Of a stretch of DNA of 64,000 nucleotides, positions 49,897 through 60,011 are shown piece by piece. Position 1 is the stretch's first letter; every line of letters starts with the position of its first letter. The DNA is from Alphaproteobacteria bacterium. Its GTDB lineage: Bacteria > Pseudomonadota > Alphaproteobacteria > GCA-2731375. The position numbers and the translations under genes were made by a program. Under the pieces are notes generated by a model, which saw only the letters and a program-made list of their open reading frames with translations, was not told the origin of the DNA and searched no databases. The stretch spans positions 4,032,001-4,096,000 of the forward strand of contig CBDDPY010000002.1 in assembly GCA_965232515.1 (NCBI GenBank), given 5' to 3'.

Positions 49897-51315
49897 TCAG
49901 GCGCTGGCGGCCGCCGGCGCCTCGGCGCCCACTGCAATATCGGCCAGCAGATCGCAGGTTCGCTGGCCGGCCCGGCCATCCGAATTGCCGACCCAATGGC
50001 CCAGCATCTGGCACGACATCGCCGGCAGCTCGGCGGCGATCCGGGCGCTCGCGCGCTCGCGCGCCCGCTCGGCCAGCATCCGGTTCAATTCGTCGGCCGA
50101 CGTCGCCTGATCCGCCGCCGCGCCCAGCTCGACGACGAACGGCCGGCGCGCCGGATCAGCGGCTTCGTCGAACATGGGCTGCACGATCGGGATGCCGGCG
50201 GCCAGCGCCTCGAACAGCGAGGTGCTGTTGAACGCGCACATCACGTCGCTGCCAACAATCAGTTCGAAGGGATCGCCGCCGATGACGAATTCCAGGTTCG
50301 CCGGCGGTTTGAAGCCCTTGCCGAAGGCCTGCTCGATGGTCTTGAGGGCCGTCGCGTGGTTCTTGGTCTTGATGGCGACGCGGATGTCCGGGTTGTCGCG
50401 CGCCAGATTGACCATGGCGGCGTGGGTGCCGGTCACCAGATCGGTGAAGCTCACGCCCTCGAATTCCGGCGCCAGCTCTTCCCAGCCACGGTCGCCTTTG
50501 TGTTGAATCTTCGGTGCGCCGGTGCCGGCGTTGAACGACATGAACAGGACACGCGGCGTTGCATCGCCGGCCGTACCCCGGCCGGCATGGGCGCGACGCC
50601 AGCGATGGATCTCGTCCATACGCGGCATGCCGGTGACGGTGATGCGCTCGGGCGGCGCCACCTGGGCGGCGATCTGAATGTCGCGCTCAATGTTGTTGTA
50701 GACGGTGATGGCGCTGCCGCGGAACGGCAGCTTGCGGTTGGAGTAGGTGTATTCGAAGAACGGCGCCAGCCCAGGTGTCTTCAGGCATTCCTTGTGCATG
50801 GCGACGAAAGGCGTGCCGTGCACCTCGAGGGCGGCGATCAGTTCCTGCTCGGCGAAATAGCTGAAGTTGCCGCTGAGCACCAGGTCGATGCCGAGACGGC
50901 GCCGCAGGTGCGGCCAGAGCTCATGGCAAAAAGCGCGATAGGCCGACATCTGGTCCGCATAGCGGCCGGCGACGTTGCGATAGAAATTGTCGTCGACATC
51001 GGCCGGCAGGAAGGCCGTCGCCATGGCCTTTACCAGGCTGCGGTCAAGCGCGATCACGCCGAACCGGTCGTCGCGCCCGATGCTGGCGAGAATATCTTCG
51101 GTGAAGCCCGGCTTCGGCAAGAACAACGCGGTCAGCGGCCGCGACACGCCCGATGCAGGCTGCTTCAGCCGGACACATTGCGACGCCACGACCCCGGCGA
51201 CCGCTGCGGCGTGTCCGCCACGCGTCAGCCGGGTGACGGCGGGCGCGGCAGCGACTTCCGCGAATTTCCGGCGCAGACGGAAGGCCGTGGAGGTGACGTC
51301 CAAATCAGTGGTCAT
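49897..51315 (-). CDS. Hypothetical GT-B-like glycan biosynthesis protein
   Basis: HKE, TGMPRMD, FNSTSLFEALAAGIP, DGRAGQR. Confidence 0.6.
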   Translation of the reverse strand: MTTDLDVTSTAFRLRRKFAEVAAAPAVTRLTRGGHAAAVAGVVASQCVRLKQPASGVSRPLTALFLPKPGFTEDILASIGRDDRFGVIALDRSLVKAMATAFLPADVDDNFYRNVAGRYADQMSAYRAFCHELWPHLRRRLGIDLVLSGNFSYFAEQELIAALEVHGTPFVAMHKECLKTPGLAPFFEYTYSNRKLPFRGSAITVYNNIERDIQIAAQVAPPERITVTGMPRMDEIHRWRRAHAGRGTAGDATPRVLFMSFNAGTGAPKIQHKGDRGWEELAPEFEGVSFTDLVTGTHAAMVNLARDNPDIRVAIKTKNHATALKTIEQAFGKGFKPPANLEFVIGGDPFELIVGSDVMCAFNSTSLFEALAAGIPIVQPMFDEAADPARRPFVVELGAAADQATSADELNRMLAERARERASARIAAELPAMSCQMLGHWVGNSDGRAGQRTCDLLADIAVGAEAPAAASA

Positions 51316-51658
51316 GCGTGATCTGCCATGGGAAGCGACGACAACGCCCTATCCCGCGCGGCGGTATTACAGGCCATTCAGAACGCGGTCAAGCCGGCCC
51401 CAATGCGGCCGGCCGCCAACAACGTTTGGCTGCCGCGCGGGCAATCGGGTCCGATCGCGCCTCAATTCCGATGCGACGCAACGAAGCCACGGGCCGACAA
51501 CCGAAGGTCGCGTCTCGGGCTCGATATAGACAGCCCGGAACCTGTTTGTTAAACGAGCAACCCTAAGCTGCCGCTGACGCGCTCGAGCTACCATCGGGTC
51601 AGTGGCGATGGCGTGGGCTTCATTGCCCTGACCGCATCGGACCCGTTGGGGGAGGGCC

Positions 51659-52240
51659 ATGCTGCGATTTTCGAAACGCCCACCGAAGCAACTGCTCTAT
51701 CTCTTGCTGACGCGCGATATGAAGCTGTCGCACGGCCGCGAAATCGGCGTCGACGTCGGTTGCGGCCTGATGCAGAACCGGCGGCTGTTCCGCACCAAAC
51801 GCTATATCGCAATCGATCTCGACGAAGAGCGGCTCGCCAAGGGCCAGGCGAAGTATCCGGAAGCCGAGACGCTCGCCGCCCGTATGGAAGACGTCCGGAA
51901 CGTCGTTGGCGACCTGGTGCTGTGCGTACAAACCTTCGTCAACCACCATTTTCCAGTCGAGAACACCTATCTCGCGGCGGAAGCGCTGGTCCGGATGACA
52001 CGTACGGGCGGCACCCTGATCTTCAATATGTCGAAACGGAACCTTGGTTACGAAGACGCGGTCGACAGCTTGCTGCAACGCGACTTCGACTCCGTCACTA
52101 AGGTGACCTACGGCGCGCTAGCGGGCTGGAACTTCGGTCCGCTATCGCCCCTGGTGGCGTTTGCGATGTATCTGCTGCCAAGACTACGACATGGCCGCGA
52201 ATACGCCCGCGTCTACTATTGCTGCGTGGGCCGGCGCTGA
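51659..52240 (+). CDS. Class I SAM-dependent methyltransferase
   Basis: VDVGCG; GGAGG RBS; antisense to the surrounding genes. Confidence 0.75.
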   Translation: MLRFSKRPPKQLLYLLLTRDMKLSHGREIGVDVGCGLMQNRRLFRTKRYIAIDLDEERLAKGQAKYPEAETLAARMEDVRNVVGDLVLCVQTFVNHHFPVENTYLAAEALVRMTRTGGTLIFNMSKRNLGYEDAVDSLLQRDFDSVTKVTYGALAGWNFGPLSPLVAFAMYLLPRLRHGREYARVYYCCVGRR

Positions 52241-52248
52241 TCTTTCTT

Positions 52249-54045
52249 CTATCCCGCCAGCTCCGCGAGATTGGTCCGGCGTACGCGGCCGCCGGGCTCG
52301 AGCTTATAGAAGGCGTCGGCATGCTCGATCGAGGTCAGGCGGTGGGCGATGATCAGAATCGTTGCGTGTTCGCCGAGTTTTGCAATCGAGTCTCGGATAA
52401 AGGCCTCGGATTCGGCATCGAGCGCACTCGCCGCCTCGTCGAAGATATAGAGGTCGGGCTGCCGGATGACGGCGCGCGCGATCGCCAGGCGTTGCCGCTG
52501 GCCGCCTGACAGCTTGACGCCGCGATCGCCCACAACCGTATCGTAGCCGTCCGGTAACTGACGCACGAACTCGTCGGCATGGGCAATCCGAGCCGCGGCC
52601 TCGATATCGGCATCGCTGGCATCCGGACGCCCAATCGCGATGTTGTCGCGAATGCTGGCGTTGAACAGCTCGGCTTCCTGGGCGACATAGCCGATATGCG
52701 CACGCAGGCTGCGCAGGCTGAAGCGGTCGATCGGCGTGTCATCGATCCGGATCGCGCCGGATGTCGGCCGGAACAGCCCCATCAACAAGTTGGCCACGGT
52801 CGACTTGCCGACACCGGACGGACCGACCAGCGCGACCGTGGCGCCGTTCGGAATCGTCAGATTAAAACTGCCCAGAACGTTGGGACCATCGTCATAGGCG
52901 AACCCGACTTTTTCGAAAACCACGTCGCCCCGGAGGCCCGGAAACGCCTCTCCGATATCGACGCGCTCGCGCTCCCAATCCTCGGCCAGCATGTCGTGCA
53001 CCAGCGAGAGCGATGGCAGGTTGGCGGCGATCTTCATACGACGGCTGACGACATAGGTGACGTAGGTGATCAGGCGCTGTGAGACGAGCACGAAGAAGCC
53101 GAGCATGGCGATGACATCCGTCGGCGCCATGCCCATGATGCTGAACATGACGAACAGCACACCGGCGACGATCGACAGAACCAACAGCTCGGTGAGCTGA
53201 TACGGCAGCTCGCTCAACATGATGAAGGCCGTTTCGGCCCGCGTGTGGCGATGCAAGTTGTCCGATAATCGGGCAATGCGCGCGCCGGCCGCGTCGAAAG
53301 CCTTTATCTGACGCACGGTCGCGACCGATTCCGCGACGATATCGGAAATGTTCTGCGCCAAGTTCAGGCGCAGGCGGCCGAATCTCATGGCGTAGCGGAA
53401 GCTGCTGCGCCGGATCGCATAGATCAGCACAAAACCAATCAGCGCGATAATCGCGGTGATCTGCCACTGCGTGAACAGCAACAACAGAATGAGCGCGGCG
53501 GCGACGATCAGGCGATTGATGAATTCGAGGATCTGCGTCACGGCCTTGGCCGCGACATAGGTTTCCTGCACCATGTTCTGAATAACGACGCCCTGACGCT
53601 GGGCGACGATGCGGGCATAGGGCGCGTCGACGAAGCGCGCGAAGATGCGGGCTGTCCAGTGTTCCCGCAATGTCATCGCGAAGTTGTAGCTGAGGCCGCG
53701 GGCCGCAACCTGCAACGCCGTTTTGACGACGAAGGCGGCAACCAACAGCGCCAACAGCAATTCCGGCCCTGCGCCGGACGGCAGCAGGTCTTGTATGACG
53801 GCCGCGACACCCCGGCCGACCTCGCCCGACGCATCGGGATCGAGCAGGCTTGTAAGCAATGGCAGAACAACCGCCAGCCCAAGCGTTTCGGCCACCGCCG
53901 CAGCCAACAGGACCGCCATCAACAGGATGCCGCGACGGCCGTGCCCGGCCACCATCAGGCGCAGTTTGGAGAGCTTTTCCGGCAGCGACGACGGCCGCCG
54001 CTTGACGGCGCCGCCCGCGCCTTTTTCTGTGACAGTCGCCGACAT
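52249..54045 (-). CDS. ABC transporter permease/ATPase (PglK/MsbA-like glycolipid flippase candidate)
   Basis: TM domain plus GPSGVGKS, LSGGQRQR, FDEA, IAHR; start uncertain. Confidence 0.88.
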   Translation of the reverse strand: MSATVTEKGAGGAVKRRPSSLPEKLSKLRLMVAGHGRRGILLMAVLLAAAVAETLGLAVVLPLLTSLLDPDASGEVGRGVAAVIQDLLPSGAGPELLLALLVAAFVVKTALQVAARGLSYNFAMTLREHWTARIFARFVDAPYARIVAQRQGVVIQNMVQETYVAAKAVTQILEFINRLIVAAALILLLLFTQWQITAIIALIGFVLIYAIRRSSFRYAMRFGRLRLNLAQNISDIVAESVATVRQIKAFDAAGARIARLSDNLHRHTRAETAFIMLSELPYQLTELLVLSIVAGVLFVMFSIMGMAPTDVIAMLGFFVLVSQRLITYVTYVVSRRMKIAANLPSLSLVHDMLAEDWERERVDIGEAFPGLRGDVVFEKVGFAYDDGPNVLGSFNLTIPNGATVALVGPSGVGKSTVANLLMGLFRPTSGAIRIDDTPIDRFSLRSLRAHIGYVAQEAELFNASIRDNIAIGRPDASDADIEAAARIAHADEFVRQLPDGYDTVVGDRGVKLSGGQRQRLAIARAVIRQPDLYIFDEAASALDAESEAFIRDSIAKLGEHATILIIAHRLTSIEHADAFYKLEPGGRVRRTNLAELAG

Positions 54046-54064
54046 GGCTGTTACATGACGTCTC

Positions 54065-54736
54065 GTGTCGCTATCCGCAACTGATTGGTTCCAAGTCAAG
54101 GCGCTGGCCGCCTATCGCAAGGCCGGCCTGGCGGTGCTCGACCGCCGTGGCCGCAAGGCCCTGGCGGCCCACGGCTATACGCGACTGTTCGACAGCCGGC
54201 CCGGCGACGCCAAACCGCCGATCTGGTCGGATCTGGCGTTCCTGTATCGGACGGTGCGCGAACGTCGGCCGCGGGTGATCGTGGAGTTCGGCAGCGGCTG
54301 CTCGACCGTGATCCAGGCGCAGGCGCTGGCCGACAACGCGGCCGACGGCGCGCCCGGCATACTCTATTCCCTGGAGGCCGATGCGCATTGGGGCGAAGCG
54401 ACGCGCAACTCGCTGTCGCCGTACCTGCGCGAGCATTGCGAGCTGATCGTCACGCCGGCCATCGAAAGCACGCTCGACGGCCTGCCGGTCTGGCGCTATC
54501 GCGACGTGCCCGACGTGGTACCGGACCTGGTCTATCTCGACGGCCCGGCGCTGACGCCCGAACGCTGGGCGGCGGTCGACGTGCTGGACATGGAGCCGAG
54601 GTTTCCGCCGGGCTTTCGCCTGGTCGTCGACGGACGTTACCGGAACTGCGATCTGCTGGAGCAGCATTTCCGCCGCCGCTATCGCCGCAAGCGCCGCATC
54701 GTGCTCAAGCACACGGTGTACGATCTGATCGATTGA
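54065..54736 (+). CDS. Class I SAM-dependent methyltransferase-like protein
   Basis: IVEFGSGCST, YSLE, DLVYLDGP; antisense to neighbours. Confidence 0.75.
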   Translation: MSLSATDWFQVKALAAYRKAGLAVLDRRGRKALAAHGYTRLFDSRPGDAKPPIWSDLAFLYRTVRERRPRVIVEFGSGCSTVIQAQALADNAADGAPGILYSLEADAHWGEATRNSLSPYLREHCELIVTPAIESTLDGLPVWRYRDVPDVVPDLVYLDGPALTPERWAAVDVLDMEPRFPPGFRLVVDGRYRNCDLLEQHFRRRYRRKRRIVLKHTVYDLID

Positions 54737-55430
54737 GCAGCCATTCGGCCAACTCCAGCTCGAACGGCTCGTCGATGTTGACCACCGGGCGGTCAACGAT
54801 GACGGCGGCGCAGTCCTGCTCGATGATCCGCCCCTGGTCGACCAGCGTCTCGCGCCGCACGGCGTAGGCCAGACCGTTGCGGTGGTAGTAGGCGGGAATA
54901 GTCTGACGGATACTGTGGCGCGCGCCCTCGTCGAGATAGAAGCCGATGACGCCGTCGGCATCGACCGTCAGCGTCTTGTGCGGGGTGAAATGGGCCGGCG
55001 TCGGGCTGACCGTGGCGGCCGCCGCCCGCCCGCTCTTGACCAGCGCCTCAACGGTCGCGGTCACGTCAGCCGCGGTGCGCAACGGACTGGTCGGCTCGAG
55101 TAGAATCGAGAGCGCGAACGTCATGCCGTAATGCGTCTCAGCCGCGAGCCAAGCATGCCGCCACATCTCGATCGAGGTGCTGCGGTCGCCGGCCAGCTCG
55201 GCCGGACGTGGGAACGGCGCCTCGATGCCGTGGCGCCGGGCCTCGGCGGCGATCTCCTCGTCGTCGGTCGAGACGATGGCGCGGTCGACAAACGACAACG
55301 AGGCGGCGATTTGCGCCGCCCGGCCAACCAGGCTGACGCCGCCGACCCGGGCCAGGTTCTTGCGTGGGATCGACTTGCTGCCGCCGCGCGCCGGCACCAC
55401 GGCCAAAACCGTATGTCCGTCGTAGGCCAT
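54705..55430 (-). CDS. Acylneuraminate cytidylyltransferase family (copy 2)
   Basis: VPARGGSKSIPRKN, VSTDD, LEPTSPLR, NIDEPFEL. Confidence 0.92.
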   Translation of the reverse strand: MAYDGHTVLAVVPARGGSKSIPRKNLARVGGVSLVGRAAQIAASLSFVDRAIVSTDDEEIAAEARRHGIEAPFPRPAELAGDRSTSIEMWRHAWLAAETHYGMTFALSILLEPTSPLRTAADVTATVEALVKSGRAAAATVSPTPAHFTPHKTLTVDADGVIGFYLDEGARHSIRQTIPAYYHRNGLAYAVRRETLVDQGRIIEQDCAAVIVDRPVVNIDEPFELELAEWLLNRSDRTPCA

Positions 55431-55434
55431 GGCG

Positions 55435-56433
55435 TCAGGTCAGCGCGATACGGCGGCCGTCGGCCTGGCTCTGCCGCGCCGCCTCGATCAGGCGCATGAC
55501 GTTCAGGCCGTCGGCGAGCGTGCAGGTGGGCGTGGCGCCGCCGTCGAGCAGCGCCAGGAACTCGCGCGCAACGCCCATGAACATGTCGTTGCGTTCGCAG
55601 TCGAAGTCGGTGGCCAGCCAGTCGGCGGTCATGCCGTGGGCGACGGCGATACGGTTCGGCGCCTCCGACCAGAGGACTGTGCCGTCTTCGCCGATGAAGC
55701 GGATCTCCTTGCGGTGCGGCCGGCCGAACAGATCGAGGTGGATGCGCACGCGCAACCCGTCGGGATAGCTGAGCTGCATGTCGACATTGTCGTCCGACGT
55801 GATCTCGAGATCGCTGATCGTCTCGATGCTGGCGCTGAGCGCCGTCGGCAGGCCGAACAGCCAGAGCATCAGGTCGATCCAATGACTTTCGTCCAGCAGC
55901 GCGCCGCCACCGAGTTCGGCGCTCGACATGAAGAACTCGGCCAGCGGCTCACCCGGGTGCCAGTCGGAGAGATGCGCGGACATGATGAAGTCGACGTGCC
56001 GCAGACGGCCGACGACGCCGTCGGCGAGGCGCCGTCGCAGGTCGGCGAGCGGCGGCCACCAGCGCCAGGTATAGCCGAGCAGCAGCGGAAGGCCGGTCTC
56101 GTCAACGACGTCCGCCAGCCGTTGCGCCGCGGCGAGATCCTTGGCGACCGGCTTTTCCAGCAGCACCGGCAGGCCGGCGCGCAGCGCGGCGGTGGCCTGA
56201 TTGACATGAAAGGCCGTCGGCGAGCAGACCGCGACGGCATCGAGGCCGGGCGACGACAACGCCGCGTCGAGGTCCGTGAAGGTGGCGACGGTGGGCGTCT
56301 CGACCGCCAGCTCGGCGCCGCGTTCCGCCCGCGGATCCATGGCCGAGATTCGGCAGCCGAGCGATGCGAGGTTGCGTGAGTGCCGGCGGCCGACGCTGCC
56401 GGCGCCGACGATCAGGATATGCCGACCGCTCAT
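55435..56433 (-). CDS. Gfo/Idh/MocA oxidoreductase
   Basis: GAGSVG, LLEKP, GGGALLDESHWID. Confidence 0.9.
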   Translation of the reverse strand: MSGRHILIVGAGSVGRRHSRNLASLGCRISAMDPRAERGAELAVETPTVATFTDLDAALSSPGLDAVAVCSPTAFHVNQATAALRAGLPVLLEKPVAKDLAAAQRLADVVDETGLPLLLGYTWRWWPPLADLRRRLADGVVGRLRHVDFIMSAHLSDWHPGEPLAEFFMSSAELGGGALLDESHWIDLMLWLFGLPTALSASIETISDLEITSDDNVDMQLSYPDGLRVRIHLDLFGRPHRKEIRFIGEDGTVLWSEAPNRIAVAHGMTADWLATDFDCERNDMFMGVAREFLALLDGGATPTCTLADGLNVMRLIEAARQSQADGRRIALT

Positions 56434-57905
56434 CGGATGCCCCGCACCATGGCCTGGTAGGCGTCCGGATCGAACGGCAGCTCAACGAACAGCGGCGCTT
56501 CGCCCGGCCGCCAGCCGGCAAACGCCGCCGCCAGCGCGTCCTCGTTGTCGGCGCGCGCCGTGGCGAAGCCGATGCCGTCGAAGGCGGCACGCCACCCTCG
56601 TCCCTCGAACAACAGCGGCGCCTGGGTTAGGTTCGCCGACACCGCCCGCGTGCGCACGGAGCCGTAGCCGCCGTCGCTCATGTGCAGCACGGCGAGCGGC
56701 CGCCGCGCTTCGGCCGCGAGCCGCGCTTCGGCGAAGAACGGGCCGATGCCGCCGTCGCCGGTCAGCAGCACGGTCGGCACGCTGTCGTCGACCAGCGCCG
56801 CGCCAACCGCCTGCGCCAAACCGATGCCCATATAGCGGCCGGAGCCCGACGACAGGCACCAATCGGCCCGCGGCGCCCGCCAGGCATGCTCGGCGATCGT
56901 GCAGAAATAGCCGGTGTCGATGACCACGCGGACGCCGTCGGGAAACGCCGCGGCGACCGCGCGCAGGGCATGCGCCGGCAGGAAGCCGTCGTCGAGCATG
57001 TATCGCCGCAGCGCGCCGACCGCCGAGACGACGTCGTCGACGCCCCAGGGTTTGCCGGCGAGCATGTCGAACAGCGCATCGGCCGACGGCGTTTCGACGT
57101 TGACGAGCGGTACGTCGAAGGCCGGCCCGTTGAGCAACTCAGCATCCCGCAGGCCCAGACCGATCACCAGATCCGCACGGTCGAGCAACGCGGCTTCGGG
57201 CACCCGTTCGAGGCCGACGCCGGTATGGACACCGGCGGCGTGCGGCAGGGTCTCATCGACCACGCCCTTGGCGGCGGCGGTGCTGAACACCGGCAGCTGC
57301 AGCGCGTTCAGGCGGTCGGACCAGCGGGCGCGGATCGCCAACGTGCCGGCGATCACCACCGGTCGCTCAGCGCCGGCAACGGTGTCAAGCGGCAACGATG
57401 CGTCCGACGATACGGCTGCCGGTAAATCCGACGTTCGCTCGACCAGATCGAGCAGGACCGGTGCGGGCGTTTCGGCTTCGGACAATGCCGCCAGTTCGGC
57501 GAATGTGGGACCGTCAACCGACAGGCCGGCGTGTCCCTTGCTGACGCCCGATGCGAGCGCGGCGTGGTCCATGCGCTTGTGTGCTTTCGTCGCGCCCCGA
57601 CCGTAGGCCTCGGTCATCGCCACCATGGGCCAGCTTTCGAGCTGGCAGGCCGCCATGCCGGGCACCATGTTGGCGAGGCCCGGGCCCTTGATGGCGATGG
57701 CGATACCGGCCTTGCCTGCAAGACGACCGAAGGTGCCGGCCATGATGGCCGCCGCGCCTTCGTGCGCCGTTGAGTGGAACGTCACGGCTTCACGGGTCAG
57801 CGCGTCGATCAGTTCCAGACTGGTGCCGCCGCCCGGCACGCCGAAGGCGTGATCGACGCCGTGGCGGGCGACGTCGGCGGCAAGCCCGGTCAGCAGCTCA
57901 GACAC
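56430..57905 (-). CDS. Thiamine pyrophosphate-dependent enzyme (ALS-like)
   Basis: FGVPGG, HEGAAAIMA, GPGLAN, TGDGG...SDGGYG. Confidence 0.85.
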   Translation of the reverse strand: MSELLTGLAADVARHGVDHAFGVPGGGTSLELIDALTREAVTFHSTAHEGAAAIMAGTFGRLAGKAGIAIAIKGPGLANMVPGMAACQLESWPMVAMTEAYGRGATKAHKRMDHAALASGVSKGHAGLSVDGPTFAELAALSEAETPAPVLLDLVERTSDLPAAVSSDASLPLDTVAGAERPVVIAGTLAIRARWSDRLNALQLPVFSTAAAKGVVDETLPHAAGVHTGVGLERVPEAALLDRADLVIGLGLRDAELLNGPAFDVPLVNVETPSADALFDMLAGKPWGVDDVVSAVGALRRYMLDDGFLPAHALRAVAAAFPDGVRVVIDTGYFCTIAEHAWRAPRADWCLSSGSGRYMGIGLAQAVGAALVDDSVPTVLLTGDGGIGPFFAEARLAAEARRPLAVLHMSDGGYGSVRTRAVSANLTQAPLLFEGRGWRAAFDGIGFATARADNEDALAAAFAGWRPGEAPLFVELPFDPDAYQAMVRGIR

Positions 57906-58842
57906 CGAAATGCTCGAGGATTTTCTCGGCCGCGCGGCGGCAGACCAGGCGCACGGCGTCCGGGCTGAAGCCGCCGCAATGCGGCGTGACGATCAGGTTG
58001 TCGTGGGTCTGGCTATAGCGGATCAGCGGATGCGCAGCGATGTCCGGCTCGCCCTCCAACACGTCGAGGCCGGCGGCGCCGATATGGCCGGTTTCCAGTC
58101 CCGCCAGCAACGCGTCCTCGTCCACGACCGCCCCGCGCGAGGTGTTGATCAGGATCAGGCCGGGCTTCGCCGCGGCCAGCAGATCGGCCGAAACCAGGCC
58201 GCGCGTCTCGTCGTTCAAGTGAACGTGGACGCTGACCACGTCGCTTTCGGCCATCACGTCGGCAATCGGGCGCTGTTCGATTCCGGCCGGCCATGGCGCG
58301 ATATGCGGGTCGTGGCCGATCACGTTCATGCCGAAGGCGGCAGCATAGCGAGCCATCCACTGGCCGATGCGGCCGCAGCCGACCAGGCCCAACGTACGGC
58401 CATTCAGCATCAGGCCGGGGAAGTCCTCGCGCACCCAGTTGCCGGCCCGCGTATGCGCCGCCGCCGCCGGTAGCCGGCGGGCGCAGGCCAGCACCAGCGC
58501 CCAGCTCAGCTCGGCGGCCGGCGTAAGGTTCCGCAGCAGTTCCGGGTCCTCGCGCAGCGTGCGCACCTCGGCGCCGCGGCCGGCGAGCGCGTGGCGCTCG
58601 ATATGGTCGGCGCCGGTCGTGGCGCAGCTGACGATTCCCAACCGGGGCGCGGCCGCGACCATGACATCCGTGATCCGCACCTTCATGGAGGCGTCGAGCA
58701 GGGCTTCGGCGTCGACCAGCGCGGCGGCCAACGCCGCCGGCTCGCCCGGCACGTGTGTCACCGCGGCGCGGCCTTCGGCCACCTCCAGCGCACCGGCGTA
58801 GCCGGCGTCGGCGCCGACATAGACGATCACCCGTTCGGTCAT
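57898..58842 (-). CDS. D-isomer 2-hydroxyacid dehydrogenase family (copy 2)
   Basis: TTGADHI, GCGRIG, INTSRG, TPHCGG. Confidence 0.88.
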   Translation of the reverse strand: MTERVIVYVGADAGYAGALEVAEGRAAVTHVPGEPAALAAALVDAEALLDASMKVRITDVMVAAAPRLGIVSCATTGADHIERHALAGRGAEVRTLREDPELLRNLTPAAELSWALVLACARRLPAAAAHTRAGNWVREDFPGLMLNGRTLGLVGCGRIGQWMARYAAAFGMNVIGHDPHIAPWPAGIEQRPIADVMAESDVVSVHVHLNDETRGLVSADLLAAAKPGLILINTSRGAVVDEDALLAGLETGHIGAAGLDVLEGEPDIAAHPLIRYSQTHDNLIVTPHCGGFSPDAVRLVCRRAAEKILEHFGV

Positions 58843-58853
58843 GGTCTTGGCAT

Positions 58854-60011
58854 TCAGCTGTAGTGCAGCCGCTTCTGGATACGGATGTCTTCACCGGCGA
58901 GACGCTCGGCGATCCGCGCGCCGGCGCTGCCGTCGCCGAACATTTCCGAGCGGTCGTATCGGCCGTGCGCAATCTGTTGCCGCGCCGCCGTGACGATGGC
59001 GTCCGCCTCATAGCCGGCATGCACGACGTTGGGTCCATGCTCACGACCACCCTGCCGGGTGCCGACATTCACCACCGGCACACCGAGATAGGCGCCCTCG
59101 CGCAGGCCCGACGAGGAGTTGCCGATGACACAGGCGGCATTTCCGATAAGACGGGCGTAATCCTCGGGCGCGAAGTTGCGGTAGAAATGCAGCTTGCCGT
59201 CGCCGTGTTGCTCGCGATGCATCCGGAGGCCCTTGGAGACGTCATCCGAGCCGGCGTCGACGTTCGGCCAGAGCCAAGCCGTCGGCATGTCGAGCGCCAG
59301 CACGGCCTGCAGCGTCTCGTTGATCTGATCGAAGGCGCAGCCGTACTCGGTGGTTACCGGGTGCTGCAGCACGACGATGTAGGGCTCGGCCGGGTCGATG
59401 TCGGCGCCGACGCCCTTGTAGCGCACGAAAATGTCGGACGGCAGGGTCATGTCGAGGCCGGCGATGAGGTCGATGGACGGGCAGCCGGTCATGAACACGG
59501 TCGCCGGATCCTCGCCCATGCGCCGAAGGAAATCCGCCGCCTGCTCAGTGGCGGGGAAGTGCAGGTGCGCCAGTCGGGTGACGGCGTGCCGGACGCTTTC
59601 GTCGATCGAGCCCGTGACCTCGCCGCCCTGTGTGTGCGCCAACGGAATGTTCATGTAGCTGGCGGCGACGGCCGTCGCCATCGTTTCAAAACGGTCGGCG
59701 ACGGTGAGCACGATGTCAGGCTTCAGGTTCTCGAACTGGGTGGCGAGATCCATGATCGCCATGCCGGTCGACTTCGCCATGGTTGTGGGGTTCTCGCCTT
59801 CGACGATGGAATAGACCGTCGCCGACGGCACGAAGCCGTCCTGGCGGATGACGTCGACCACATTGCCGAAGCGGTAGAGCAGCGCCGAAGCGCCGACGAT
59901 GAGCTGCAGCTCCAGATCGTCGCGCGCATGAACCGCGCGCAGCACCGACTTGATGCGGCCGTAGTTCGCCCGGCTGTTGACGACGATACAGACCTTGCGG
60001 GCGTCAGCCAT
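58854..60011 (-). CDS. neuC: Hydrolysing UDP-GlcNAc 2-epimerase
   Basis: SRANYG, DRFE, QGGEVTGSIDESVRHA, QHPVTTE, GNSSSG. Confidence 0.9.
   Translation of the reverse strand: MADARKVCIVVNSRANYGRIKSVLRAVHARDDLELQLIVGASALLYRFGNVVDVIRQDGFVPSATVYSIVEGENPTTMAKSTGMAIMDLATQFENLKPDIVLTVADRFETMATAVAASYMNIPLAHTQGGEVTGSIDESVRHAVTRLAHLHFPATEQAADFLRRMGEDPATVFMTGCPSIDLIAGLDMTLPSDIFVRYKGVGADIDPAEPYIVVLQHPVTTEYGCAFDQINETLQAVLALDMPTAWLWPNVDAGSDDVSKGLRMHREQHGDGKLHFYRNFAPEDYARLIGNAACVIGNSSSGLREGAYLGVPVVNVGTRQGGREHGPNVVHAGYEADAIVTAARQQIAHGRYDRSEMFGDGSAGARIAERLAGEDIRIQKRLHYS

Noticed and set aside
56430-57905. TPP enzyme as phosphonopyruvate decarboxylase (phosphonate glycan)
   Set aside because: ALS-like architecture and no PEP mutase in the window; the phn transporter 55 kb away gives no support
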